NCBI GenBank assembly: GCA_021797745.1
Contig: JAJZZD010000001.1
Location: 197,459 to 261,458 of the forward strand
Origin: Candidatus Micrarchaeota archaeon
Lineage (GTDB): Archaea; Micrarchaeota; Micrarchaeia; Micrarchaeales; CABMGC01
Direction: 5' to 3'
Length of the DNA stretch: 64,000 bases
Positions 17,710 to 25,512 of the stretch are shown in pieces (positions within the stretch are counted from its first letter, which is position 1; every line of letters begins with the position of its first letter). The position numbers and the translations under genes are program-made. A model generated the notes under the pieces. That model saw only the letters and a list, made by a program, of their open reading frames with translations, was not told the origin of the DNA and made no database searches.

Positions 17710-17981
17710 GGGACCTGAGAAGCATATACAAACGCAGAGGCGATGCCCAGGCAGCGCTAGTTTATTTGAGTTCTTCCCTTGGATTTGTCTCGGCCGGATT
17801 TTCGTTCATGTACCTGGCATTCAGGGCCATTCCGCTGCCAGTTGCGGCTTTTGCAGCGGCAATCATTATGCTCTTAACGCATTTTGCATGCAAGAACAGC
17901 GAAGCGTCGAGTGCCATCATTGTAGTATCAGCAGCGTCAATAAATATCGCCATATTCATTACACTCTACCTTCTGTTCTAA
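17706..17981 (+). CDS. small multi-TM membrane protein
   Basis: 91 aa from ATG at 17706, with an ATGA overlap with the previous stop: MRDLRSIYKRRGDAQAALVYLSSSLGFVSAGFSFMYLAF...IIVVSAASINIAIFITLYLLF. The 5-prime extension in the ORF track looks non-coding. Confidence 0.45.
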   Translation: MRDLRSIYKRRGDAQAALVYLSSSLGFVSAGFSFMYLAFRAIPLPVAAFAAAIIMLLTHFACKNSEASSAIIVVSAASINIAIFITLYLLF

Positions 17982-18198
17982 GGAATTACACGCCTATCAT
18001 GCATGCTGCGGAGCTATTCTGTTCCGGCTACGGCGCAAAGTTCAACAAAAACATTTAAATACATTGCCGAGACAAAAGTAAATGCAATTCTTGGGCGTAT
18101 TTCCCATCGGGAAAGCCCTTTTACAGCATCGGAATTGGAAGGATTTACAACAAGTTAATTCATAGTACATCATATTCGTACTTAATACAAGTGATATA

Positions 18199-19476
18199 AT
18201 GGCAGAAAAACCACACCTGAATTTGATCTTCATAGGTCACATAGCACACGGAAAGTCTACTACAGTAGGAAGGCTGATGTACGAGAGCGGAGCAGTTAGC
18301 GAGCAGGAGCTTAACAAACTTAAAGACGAAGCCAAGAGGCTGAACCTGGCAACGTTCGAGTTCGCATATGTCATGGACGAGCTTAAGGAAGAGAGAGAAA
18401 GAGGGCTTACAATCGACATAGCGCACAAGGAATTCCAAACCCCGAAGTATTATTTCACAATCATAGACGCGCCTGGCCACAAGGACTTCGCAAAGAACAT
18501 GATCACTGGAGCCAGCCAAGCAGATGCTGCAGTTCTTGTAGTCTCGATGGCTGAAGGAGAAAGAATCCAGCCTCAGACCAGAGAGCACGCTTATTTGGCA
18601 AGGGTTCTCGGAATCCCGCAGATAATAGTCGGAATGAACAAGATAGACCGAATCAATTACGACAAAGCGCAATACGAAGAAGTCAAAGCGCAGGTAGGAA
18701 CTCTATTGAAGACAGTAGGATATGATATTTCCAAGGTTCTTTTCGTACCTTATTCTGCACTGCAGGGAGACAATGTATCAAAGCCTTCTGATAAAATGTC
18801 GTGGTACACCGGGCCTACTCTTATAGCGTCGCTCGACACGCTGACAGTCCCTCCTAAGCCAACAGAGAAACCTCTAAGGCTTCCTGTACAAGACGTTTTC
18901 AGCATATCTGGATTCGGGACAGTTCCTGTGGGAAAGGTGGAGACTGGCGTAATGAAGCCAGGGGACCCAATTATTATAATGCCCGCCGGAATAAAGACGG
19001 AATGCAAGAGCATAGAAATGCACCACAAGCAGCTGCAGAAGGCAGAGCCTGGAGACAACATAGGATTCAACATAAAAGATGTGGACAAGAAAGACGTGCA
19101 CAGAGGCGATGTAATAGGCCCGGCAAGCAACCCGCCAAGCGTGGCACAGGAATTCACTGCGCAGATAGTGGTGATCAACCACCCTACTGCAATAGCCCCT
19201 GGCTACACACCGGTAGTGCACATACACACTGCTCAGGTCGCATCTACAATAACTGAAATACTCGAAAAGAAGGACCCTAAAACTGGCCAGACCCTGCAAA
19301 AGAACCCTGAATTCATAAAGACTGGAGACGTTGCGGTCGTAAAGGTAAGACCGTCGAAGCCTCTTGTAGTGGAGAAATTCAGCGACTTCCCGCAGTTGGG
19401 ACGATTTGCAGTAAGAGACATGGGCCAGACTGTTGCAGCAGGAGTCGTACTTGACGTGGTAAAGAGGACGGCTTAA
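18199..19476 (+). CDS. tuf: translation elongation factor EF-1 alpha
   Basis: 425 aa with GHIAHGKST, DAPGHKDF and NKID GTPase motifs and full-length EF-1alpha similarity. Confidence 0.97.
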   Translation: MAEKPHLNLIFIGHIAHGKSTTVGRLMYESGAVSEQELNKLKDEAKRLNLATFEFAYVMDELKEERERGLTIDIAHKEFQTPKYYFTIIDAPGHKDFAKNMITGASQADAAVLVVSMAEGERIQPQTREHAYLARVLGIPQIIVGMNKIDRINYDKAQYEEVKAQVGTLLKTVGYDISKVLFVPYSALQGDNVSKPSDKMSWYTGPTLIASLDTLTVPPKPTEKPLRLPVQDVFSISGFGTVPVGKVETGVMKPGDPIIIMPAGIKTECKSIEMHHKQLQKAEPGDNIGFNIKDVDKKDVHRGDVIGPASNPPSVAQEFTAQIVVINHPTAIAPGYTPVVHIHTAQVASTITEILEKKDPKTGQTLQKNPEFIKTGDVAVVKVRPSKPLVVEKFSDFPQLGRFAVRDMGQTVAAGVVLDVVKRTA

Positions 19477-19781
19477 TGCCAATCGCAAGAATAAAATTGA
19501 TAAGCGTTACGCAGTTTGCTGCACGTGACATTGCGAAGCAGATTGTAGACATCGCGAAGAACATAGGCATAAAGTACAAAGGCCCTATTCCGCTGCCTAC
19601 TAGGCATATGCGGATAGGAACAAGGAAGACGCCGTGTGGCGATGGTTCGCATACCTACGACCACTGGGAGATGCGCGTTCACAAATGGCTCGTAGAAATC
19701 GACGGAAGCGACCAAGCGCTGAGGCAGGTCATGCACATACCTGTGCCAGATTCAGTGCAGATAGAAATAAGCCTGTCGTAA
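19476..19781 (+). CDS. rps10: 30S ribosomal protein S10 (uS10)
   Basis: 101 aa: ARIKLISV...KGPIPLPT. Shows tuf-rps10 synteny, and its start overlaps the tuf stop. Confidence 0.93.
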   Translation: MPIARIKLISVTQFAARDIAKQIVDIAKNIGIKYKGPIPLPTRHMRIGTRKTPCGDGSHTYDHWEMRVHKWLVEIDGSDQALRQVMHIPVPDSVQIEISLS

Positions 19782-19949
19782 TCTGTGATTTGGCCTGATT
19801 TAATCACACAAAAATATAAACAAAAGCAAATAAAATGCAGGACAAAAAATATTTGCGATTGTGGCAATTGCGGCAATTGCCGCAGTAGCTTCAGTGAGAA
19901 ACAAAATCTTCATAGGAAAATGTGTTTATTCCATGCCATTTTAGCAAAA

Positions 19950-21149
19950 TCAGAATGTTTTGTATTTTCCCAGCGACAAATCAAGCGAGAACTTTCCTAT
20001 GTTTTCGAGCCAATTCTCTGCAATGTAATTTGACTTGCTTTTTATGTTCTCGAAGTTGGCGCCTTTTTCAACAATCAGGTTGATGTTCAGATTGAGCGGG
20101 TCGTCAATCTTGTGCCCTATCTGCGAAAGCACGGCTATGTTGCACTCGTTTATCTGCGGGTACTCCTTTGCAACCTGCGCGGAGAGCTCGCGCGCCAGCA
20201 CATTGTAAATTTTTCCTATGTGATTTACCGGGTTCTTTCCTGCTGCTGCTTCGAGGCTCATCTGGCGGAACGGCGTTATTAAGCCGTTTACCCTGTTTCC
20301 TCTGCCAACTTCGCCATCGTCTCCGGATTCGCAGCTAAGTCCTGATTTGGTCAGATACGCATCCTCATTTTCTTCTGCGTCTCCAGTATTGACGAATATC
20401 CTTACCTCTCTTTCTGTAAGCTTCTTAGCTATGTTGGACACGTCCTTAGCCACCAATTCCTTGTACTTTGTGTATTCCTCAATGCTCTTTACGAATTTTG
20501 CTACAAATGCTATCGCAATCGTAAGAACTATCCTGTCGCCATCCCGCATACCCATGACTTTTATGTCCTCGCCCACTGCCGGAATTTTCCTTTTATAGTC
20601 CTTGCCATTGAGGAAATGCTCGGTCTCTAGGACAAGCCTTTCCGTCTCAGTGAGCGGTGCAAAGCCTATTCCGAAAGAGGTGTCGTTTGCCAAAGGCACG
20701 CCATTGCCGCGGGTGAATATGCTGTTCAAATCCTCGCTGCCCTTCCTGATTTTCGACTCTATTTTAACCTCTTTTTCCAAATCAAGGAACCTGCTGTTAT
20801 CCTTCAGGTATTTTTCTGCCACGCGTTCGGCTATGTCGTTTACCTCTATTTTCCTGTTTTCGAACTTTTCCGTAGCCCTTCCTGTAACTATCACCTCTAT
20901 TTTATTCGTTATTTCCCCCCCTCCAAACCATGTATCCGATGAGCCGCCGATTATGAGCCCTTTGTCGACGTTGTGATGCAGTATCACCCCGAACTTGCCT
21001 ATGTATTCCCTGCACAGAGCATGGCTCACTTCATCGCAGATTCCATCTATGAGGCTGTCAGGATGCCCTATGCCTTTCCGTTCTACATATTCTATCTGCT
21101 GTTCCTCGAGCGGCTTAGAACTTATTTTGTTTATCGAAATATTGGCCAT
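19950..21149 (-). CDS. S-adenosylmethionine synthetase, archaeal type
   Basis: 399 aa: ...VERKGIGHPDSLIDGICD..., matching the archaeal MAT family over its full length. Confidence 0.9.
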   Translation of the reverse strand: MANISINKISSKPLEEQQIEYVERKGIGHPDSLIDGICDEVSHALCREYIGKFGVILHHNVDKGLIIGGSSDTWFGGGEITNKIEVIVTGRATEKFENRKIEVNDIAERVAEKYLKDNSRFLDLEKEVKIESKIRKGSEDLNSIFTRGNGVPLANDTSFGIGFAPLTETERLVLETEHFLNGKDYKRKIPAVGEDIKVMGMRDGDRIVLTIAIAFVAKFVKSIEEYTKYKELVAKDVSNIAKKLTEREVRIFVNTGDAEENEDAYLTKSGLSCESGDDGEVGRGNRVNGLITPFRQMSLEAAAGKNPVNHIGKIYNVLARELSAQVAKEYPQINECNIAVLSQIGHKIDDPLNLNINLIVEKGANFENIKSKSNYIAENWLENIGKFSLDLSLGKYKTF

Positions 21150-21225
21150 GCAATCAGCTGCGTTATTTTTGGCACGTAAAGTTTATATATAATATTTTAT
21201 GCATTAAATATTACCAACAGTAATT

Positions 21226-21825
21226 GTGGTGCAGATGAACGGTTTCAAAACGCTGAACGAAATCTCATCAAGCATAAGGTCGACGAGAAGAACACTGGGG
21301 ATAAGCCAAAAGGCGCTAGCGGCTTATCTGGGAATAAGCCAAAGCACGATAGCACGGCTTGAGAGCGACATAGATTCACTGAATCCCAGTTATCGTATGG
21401 TGTTCAACGTAATTGAAGCGCTGAACGAGCTCGGCGAGAGGTCAAAAGCAGAAGCCTTCACGGATAAAACCGCCAAGGAAGTGATGCACAGGAAAGTCGT
21501 CTTTTGCAGGGACACAGATACTATAAAATTTGCGCTGGAGCTCATAAAGGACAAAGACTTTTCGCAGCTGCCCGTGTTAAACCGTTCAGGCAGCGTGGTT
21601 GGAACAGTTTACCAGAAAAATCTGCTCATGGCGCACATGAATAATACTGAAAACAGGAAGAAACGCGTGTCTGAAATATTGGATCCGGCGCTGCCGCAGA
21701 TAGACGAGAATACTCCTATAAGAAAATTAAAATCGCTAATGGAAGGCTACGATGCCATATTGGTGACAGAAAAAGGAAAACTAAAAGGCATAATTTCAGT
21801 TTTTGATATGCTGCGCGTGCTCTGA
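21226..21825 (+). CDS. XRE-type HTH plus CBS-pair domain regulator
   Basis: 199 aa. The HTH is LGISQKALAAYLGISQSTIARLES, followed by two CBS-like repeats (...VMHRKVVFC..., ...AILVTEKGKLKGIISVFDML). The start may be ATG at 21235. Confidence 0.75.
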   Translation: MVQMNGFKTLNEISSSIRSTRRTLGISQKALAAYLGISQSTIARLESDIDSLNPSYRMVFNVIEALNELGERSKAEAFTDKTAKEVMHRKVVFCRDTDTIKFALELIKDKDFSQLPVLNRSGSVVGTVYQKNLLMAHMNNTENRKKRVSEILDPALPQIDENTPIRKLKSLMEGYDAILVTEKGKLKGIISVFDMLRVL

Positions 21826-21846
21826 CGTTTATGCCGAAATTCGCTT

Positions 21847-22422
21847 TCAGCGCACCCTTGCGGCCCAGCGCCAGAGTCGCAGTTCGCTTTTTGCAGCATT
21901 TTTATCTCCAAAGTCAAAGACTCTTTTCGGGTTAACTTCGCTGACACTGACCTTGTCCTTGCCGCGCAACGCGCTAAATAAAGAAGCATGTATGTCATTA
22001 TTTGCGTCTACTACCAATTCCTTCTGCACTGCAGCTACTGGAAGGATGCCGCCGTTCGCCGAAAGTATTGAATTTTTAGGCATTTTCATGCCTCCTGCTA
22101 TGATCAGAAAGCATCCATCCAAAATTATCATTTCTTTTGACAAAGCCTGTTCGTATTGTGAAAAAATCTCCCTTGCGCTTGCTCGTAAGTAAATAATATT
22201 GACTTTTCCTGGGTCTAGCGGATTCTTTGACAGCGTTTCAATTATCTCATTATCTTGATCGGGCTTTTCCTGCACTACGAACTTTCTGGCGCCCGCATGG
22301 GCAAAAGCATCTACGCATGCATTTACCAAAGGTACCAAAGCAGGCCCATAAGGCACGAGTCTTGTGCTTGGAGACAGAATAACGACTTGCGCGTTGCTGA
22401 TATTCATAAATTCCAGCTTCAT
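21847..22422 (-). CDS. hypothetical protein
   Basis: The ORF-track frame trimmed to MKLEFMNISNAQVVILSP... (191 aa). No family recognised. Confidence 0.45.
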   Translation of the reverse strand: MKLEFMNISNAQVVILSPSTRLVPYGPALVPLVNACVDAFAHAGARKFVVQEKPDQDNEIIETLSKNPLDPGKVNIIYLRASAREIFSQYEQALSKEMIILDGCFLIIAGGMKMPKNSILSANGGILPVAAVQKELVVDANNDIHASLFSALRGKDKVSVSEVNPKRVFDFGDKNAAKSELRLWRWAARVR

Positions 22423-22535
22423 GTTCCTCAATTCCTCTGCGTTGGCTGCATATTTACGCTTTTTTCTATTTTTGTCAGCACGACAATAATATTTATTATA
22501 TCTTCGCAGACTTATCACGATAGCAGGTCGATAAA

Positions 22536-22682
22536 ATGGCTAATCAAGGGGCAGGCGGAGGATGCGAGTGCGGAGGCGCATGTCTGTGCGGCTGCACAGG
22601 CGGATGCAGGTGCAAGGCAAATTGCTCGTGCGGCTGCACGTGCGGTGAAAGAAAGCGGAACAGGGGAGTTTACAATGTTTAA
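22536..22682 (+). CDS. metallothionein-like Cys/Gly-rich micro-protein (48 aa)
   Basis: Own translation: MANQGAGGGCECGGACLCGCTGGCRCKANCSCGCTCGERKRNRGVYNV, with 11 Cys arranged mostly as CxC. It is below the ORF-track length cutoff. The overlapping 148-aa track ORF in another frame looks spurious. Confidence 0.55.
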   Translation: MANQGAGGGCECGGACLCGCTGGCRCKANCSCGCTCGERKRNRGVYNV

Positions 22683-22693
22683 GCGTGTTGATT

Positions 22694-22834
22694 ATGACTG
22701 AAATGCTCGAATGCGGATGCAAAATAGAAAAAAGAAAATTCATAGTGGGTGTGCACTGCAAAATGTCTGGCTGCGAGGAATGCAACCTTATGCCTAAAAT
22801 ACATCCTTTCAGTACCGGAAAGCTCATACCGTGA
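22694..22834 (+). CDS. small Cys/His-rich protein (46 aa), zinc-ribbon-like
   Basis: Own translation: MTEMLECGCKIEKRKFIVGVHCKMSGCEECNLMPKIHPFSTGKLIP. It starts 11 nt after the previous micro-ORF. Confidence 0.4.
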   Translation: MTEMLECGCKIEKRKFIVGVHCKMSGCEECNLMPKIHPFSTGKLIP

Positions 22835-23015
22835 ACAAGCGCGAAGCGCTATTGTAGCTTCGACACGAGTGCAAAGCCACTGCCAGTTCCATATATGACA
22901 TTTGACGTTCCCTATTTCGTCAAAAATAGGCAGATGCAAATTGTCCATTTCACAGATGGCTAACTGTGGGAGTAAATTTAAAAAGCTATCTTCATTAGTA
23001 GTAATCAGTGGTCAG

Positions 23016-23402
23016 ATGGCTAAGAAAAACTCAATGGGTTTAGCAGGAGGAGTCCTGCTGTTTGTAGGGTCTTTGATATACCTGTACGTATTCTTCTTTG
23101 CGTGGTACGCAGCAGGCCTGTCAAACGCAGCGGCATTGGCCGCACCCTGGCTAAGCGCAGCTTCGTTCCTGGCGCCGTTCGTTATTGCTTTTGCAGTAAT
23201 TAGCGCGATTGCCCTGTTCTTCATGGGCATAGGAATGATGGCAGGAAAGATGTCCGGCGACAAGGAAAAGATGGCAGTGTGGAAATTCCTGATACTGGGC
23301 GGCATGACAATGCTGATCCTTACTGGCGTAGGGCAGTACTTCTATGCCGTAGTGGTAGGATTCGTCCTGACGTATCTCGGCGCAACAATAGCCGAAATGT
23401 AG
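23016..23402 (+). CDS. hypothetical four-TM membrane protein
   Basis: 128 aa from ATG at 23016: MAKKNSMGLAGGVLLFVGSLIYLYVFFFAWYAAG... Confidence 0.5.
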   Translation: MAKKNSMGLAGGVLLFVGSLIYLYVFFFAWYAAGLSNAAALAAPWLSAASFLAPFVIAFAVISAIALFFMGIGMMAGKMSGDKEKMAVWKFLILGGMTMLILTGVGQYFYAVVVGFVLTYLGATIAEM

Positions 23403-23416
23403 AAAGGGAAACGCTG

Positions 23417-23454
23417 TTTTTTGTTTCTCTTTTTTCTTTTTTTCTTTTTATTTC
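23417..23454 (+). terminator. long T-rich tract after the membrane protein gene
   Basis: Sequence ttttttgtttctcttttttctttttttctttttattt. Confidence 0.4.
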
Positions 23455-23607
23455 AAGCCCTTAGCTGCGATTTCGCAGCTTTCATTTTTCCTGCTACAAA
23501 AGCAACTCCCAAAATCTTGGCGGCACGCTCGTTCAGAACAGGCAATGTAATCCATAACTTCAAGGCCACTCTATTTCTTCAGACGTGCTCATCGCTTTCT
23601 AAAAATC

Positions 23608-23734
23608 CGCCAGGGTAGGGATTTGAACCCTAAAGCCCCGAAGGGCACTGGTTGGCTTGTTTTCGCATCATCTTGTTTCAGCTCTTGAGAAAAAAACTCA
23701 AGACCAGCGCGTTACCAGATTCTGCCACCCTGGC
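23608..23734 (-). tRNA. tRNA-Ser(UGA) with a 43-nt intron at the canonical 37/38 position
   Basis: Hand fold of the reverse complement. Acceptor GCCAGGG/CCCTGGC, anticodon stem CTGGT/ACCAG, loop CUUGAG-intron-A, long variable arm TGCCCTTCGGGGC, T arm TAGGG-TTCAAAT-CCCTA. Intron at 23654-23696; it contains ctcaaga complementary to the anticodon region. Confidence 0.85.
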
Positions 23735-23783
23735 ATGAACTTATTCCGTATCTGCATTATAAAAACTATTTCGTTTACTGTTT

Positions 23784-24527
23784 TCACTGCATCTCATAGA
23801 ATAGTCTTTTGTAGCTATCGAGCGTTCCGATGTCAACCCAGTTTCCGCTCGACTGCACAAACGCCTTTACCTTTGTCTTCTCAGTTAAATACCTGACGAA
23901 GTTTCCCATGCTATCTACATTGTTCTTGCCGTCCACGTAATCTCTCAGTATTTTGATCACGTCCTTGGAATAAAAGTATATGCCCGTACTAACAAGTGAT
24001 GACATAGGATGTTCGGGCTTTTCCTCAAAAGATTCCACGTATGTATCTTTTCCCACTTTAAGTACCCCGAAGCGCTTAGCGCTGTCGAGAGATTTCACGT
24101 CATAAGAAACTATGCTCGGCACTTTGTTTGCAGCCATTTCTTCAAATAAGCTTTTGATGTCGAATGTATAGAAATTGTCACCCGCGACAACAAAGAAGCC
24201 GTCATTTATTCCTGCCTGTTCCACCGCGTAGTTAAGGCCTTTTATTGCACCGAACTTTGTTTCGTTGCTCGATGTCGGCTCTATGACGAGCGTAATCTTT
24301 TTCTTGTATCCTGCACGCGTTTTTAACTCTGCGAGATACCTGAACTGGTTTTCAAATTTCTGATTTGCCGACACGACCACTTCGTCAATCACTTCAATTT
24401 TTTCCAGGTCCTGCAATATGTAGTCTAAAAGCGGCCTCCCTTTTAAAGTAAGAAGCGGTTTTGCTATGAATTCGCTCAAAGGCTCAAGTCTTTTTGCAAA
24501 ACCCCCGCACATAACTATTGCTTTCAT
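23784..24527 (-). CDS. sugar-phosphate nucleotidyltransferase (NTP transferase family)
   Basis: 247 aa with MKAIVMCGGFAKRLEPLSEFIAKPLL, the G-x-G-x-R-L type motif. Confidence 0.8.
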   Translation of the reverse strand: MKAIVMCGGFAKRLEPLSEFIAKPLLTLKGRPLLDYILQDLEKIEVIDEVVVSANQKFENQFRYLAELKTRAGYKKKITLVIEPTSSNETKFGAIKGLNYAVEQAGINDGFFVVAGDNFYTFDIKSLFEEMAANKVPSIVSYDVKSLDSAKRFGVLKVGKDTYVESFEEKPEHPMSSLVSTGIYFYSKDVIKILRDYVDGKNNVDSMGNFVRYLTEKTKVKAFVQSSGNWVDIGTLDSYKRLFYEMQ

Positions 24528-24557
24528 TCAAACCAGCTTCTTCAGCGATTCTACAGT

Positions 24558-25439
24558 CTAAAAATCCATGGGTCCTTCGACAAGTGGTCCCTTGTGATAC
24601 TTTTTAATTGCGTCTTTAAACTCTTTTGCTTCTTCGCTTGCAGTAAAGGCATTTTCAGTAAAGCAATCATCAAGCAACCGCCCGAAACTTTTTTTGTACT
24701 GTTCGTCAAGCGTGTTAAACTTATTGTTAGCGTCATCCAATCCATTTAATAGTTCTGGTTTTTTTGCCTCAGCATCGATGTAATTCTGCGCACTTAATGC
24801 TGCGTAGTCTTTCACGTAGCTGGTCTTCTTGCCATTGACTTTCAGTGCGGTGTAATCGACCTTTAACTTCCCGCTTTGAATATTGCCAAACAGCGTTTTC
24901 GTTTTTGCTTCTTCTGGGAATTTTTCAGATAATGTTCCTGCTTCTTTCTGCGCAGCTTCAAATTCCTTTTTTATTCCAACTAATGCATTGCAAGCTTTCA
25001 TCAGCGCCTCGTCAGGTATGTGATATCTATTTGCTATCTTTGTGATAATCTCTCCAAATGTTGTCGGTTTTTCTTCGTCTTTCTTAAGCGCATCCTTTAA
25101 CTCCTCTTTTACTGACTGATCATTTAACTTCTCTTTTTCTGAGTGATCAAGGAATAAGCCGAGAATGATTATGTACTTGCGCATTTTTGGGGAGTACCCA
25201 GACGCGACTTGTTCTTCGTTATTCAACTCTTTTGCCAGGCATGCCATGTATTTTGTTTTTTTGTTGCTTGCATACTGCTCGTAATTTTTACTGAAGAAAA
25301 GTATGCTTTCCTTGATTAAGTCACTGAATTTTTCAGCATTTCCGGCTTTTGCCCCATCCGCCAAAGAGAGCAAGTGGTCAAGTCCGCAATTGCCTTCTTT
25401 TGCTCCTTGCGTTCCAATCATTCCTTTCAGTTCGGGCAT
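24558..25439 (-). CDS. hypothetical protein (Lys/Glu-rich, visibly AT-rich gene)
   Basis: 293-aa ORF with no recognised family. Confidence 0.5.
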   Translation of the reverse strand: MPELKGMIGTQGAKEGNCGLDHLLSLADGAKAGNAEKFSDLIKESILFFSKNYEQYASNKKTKYMACLAKELNNEEQVASGYSPKMRKYIIILGLFLDHSEKEKLNDQSVKEELKDALKKDEEKPTTFGEIITKIANRYHIPDEALMKACNALVGIKKEFEAAQKEAGTLSEKFPEEAKTKTLFGNIQSGKLKVDYTALKVNGKKTSYVKDYAALSAQNYIDAEAKKPELLNGLDDANNKFNTLDEQYKKSFGRLLDDCFTENAFTASEEAKEFKDAIKKYHKGPLVEGPMDF

Positions 25440-25512
25440 AATACCACTTTGTATGAATGTGTATGAATGGTCAAAATATAGTTTATAATCATTTCTCGTG
25501 TTTTTATCCGAT

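Noticed and set aside
18093-18122. Hairpin gggcgtatttcccatcgggaaagccc followed by tttt in the spacer before tuf, considered as an intrinsic terminator or riboswitch-like element
   Set aside because: It lies more than 110 nt downstream of the last operon gene and is a single short hairpin with no further conserved structure that I can see. Archaeal termination does not require hairpins, so it is kept only as a note.
19785-20033. 82-aa ORF with a CDCGNCGNC motif (looked like another Cys-rich peptide)
   Set aside because: The Cys codons arise from the tandem ggcaattgc palindromes in the intergenic spacer. The ORF then runs into the 3-prime end of the SAM synthetase gene on the opposite strand, and it has no convincing start context.
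22255-22701. 148-aa plus-strand track ORF spanning the divergent spacer and the metallothionein-like region
   Set aside because: Its 5-prime half overlaps the start of the minus-strand gene and its promoter. Its 3-prime half (AEAHVCAAAQADAGARQIARAAARA) is an alternative-frame reading of the GC-rich Cys/Gly codons. The 48-codon frame with its own ATG is the more coherent reading.
23654-23696. Possible box C/D guide RNA inside the tRNA-Ser intron (contains atgatg and ctga)
   Set aside because: The CUGA element precedes the AUGAUG element, which is the wrong order. There is no second C-prime/D-prime pair, and 43 nt is too short for a complete C/D sRNA.
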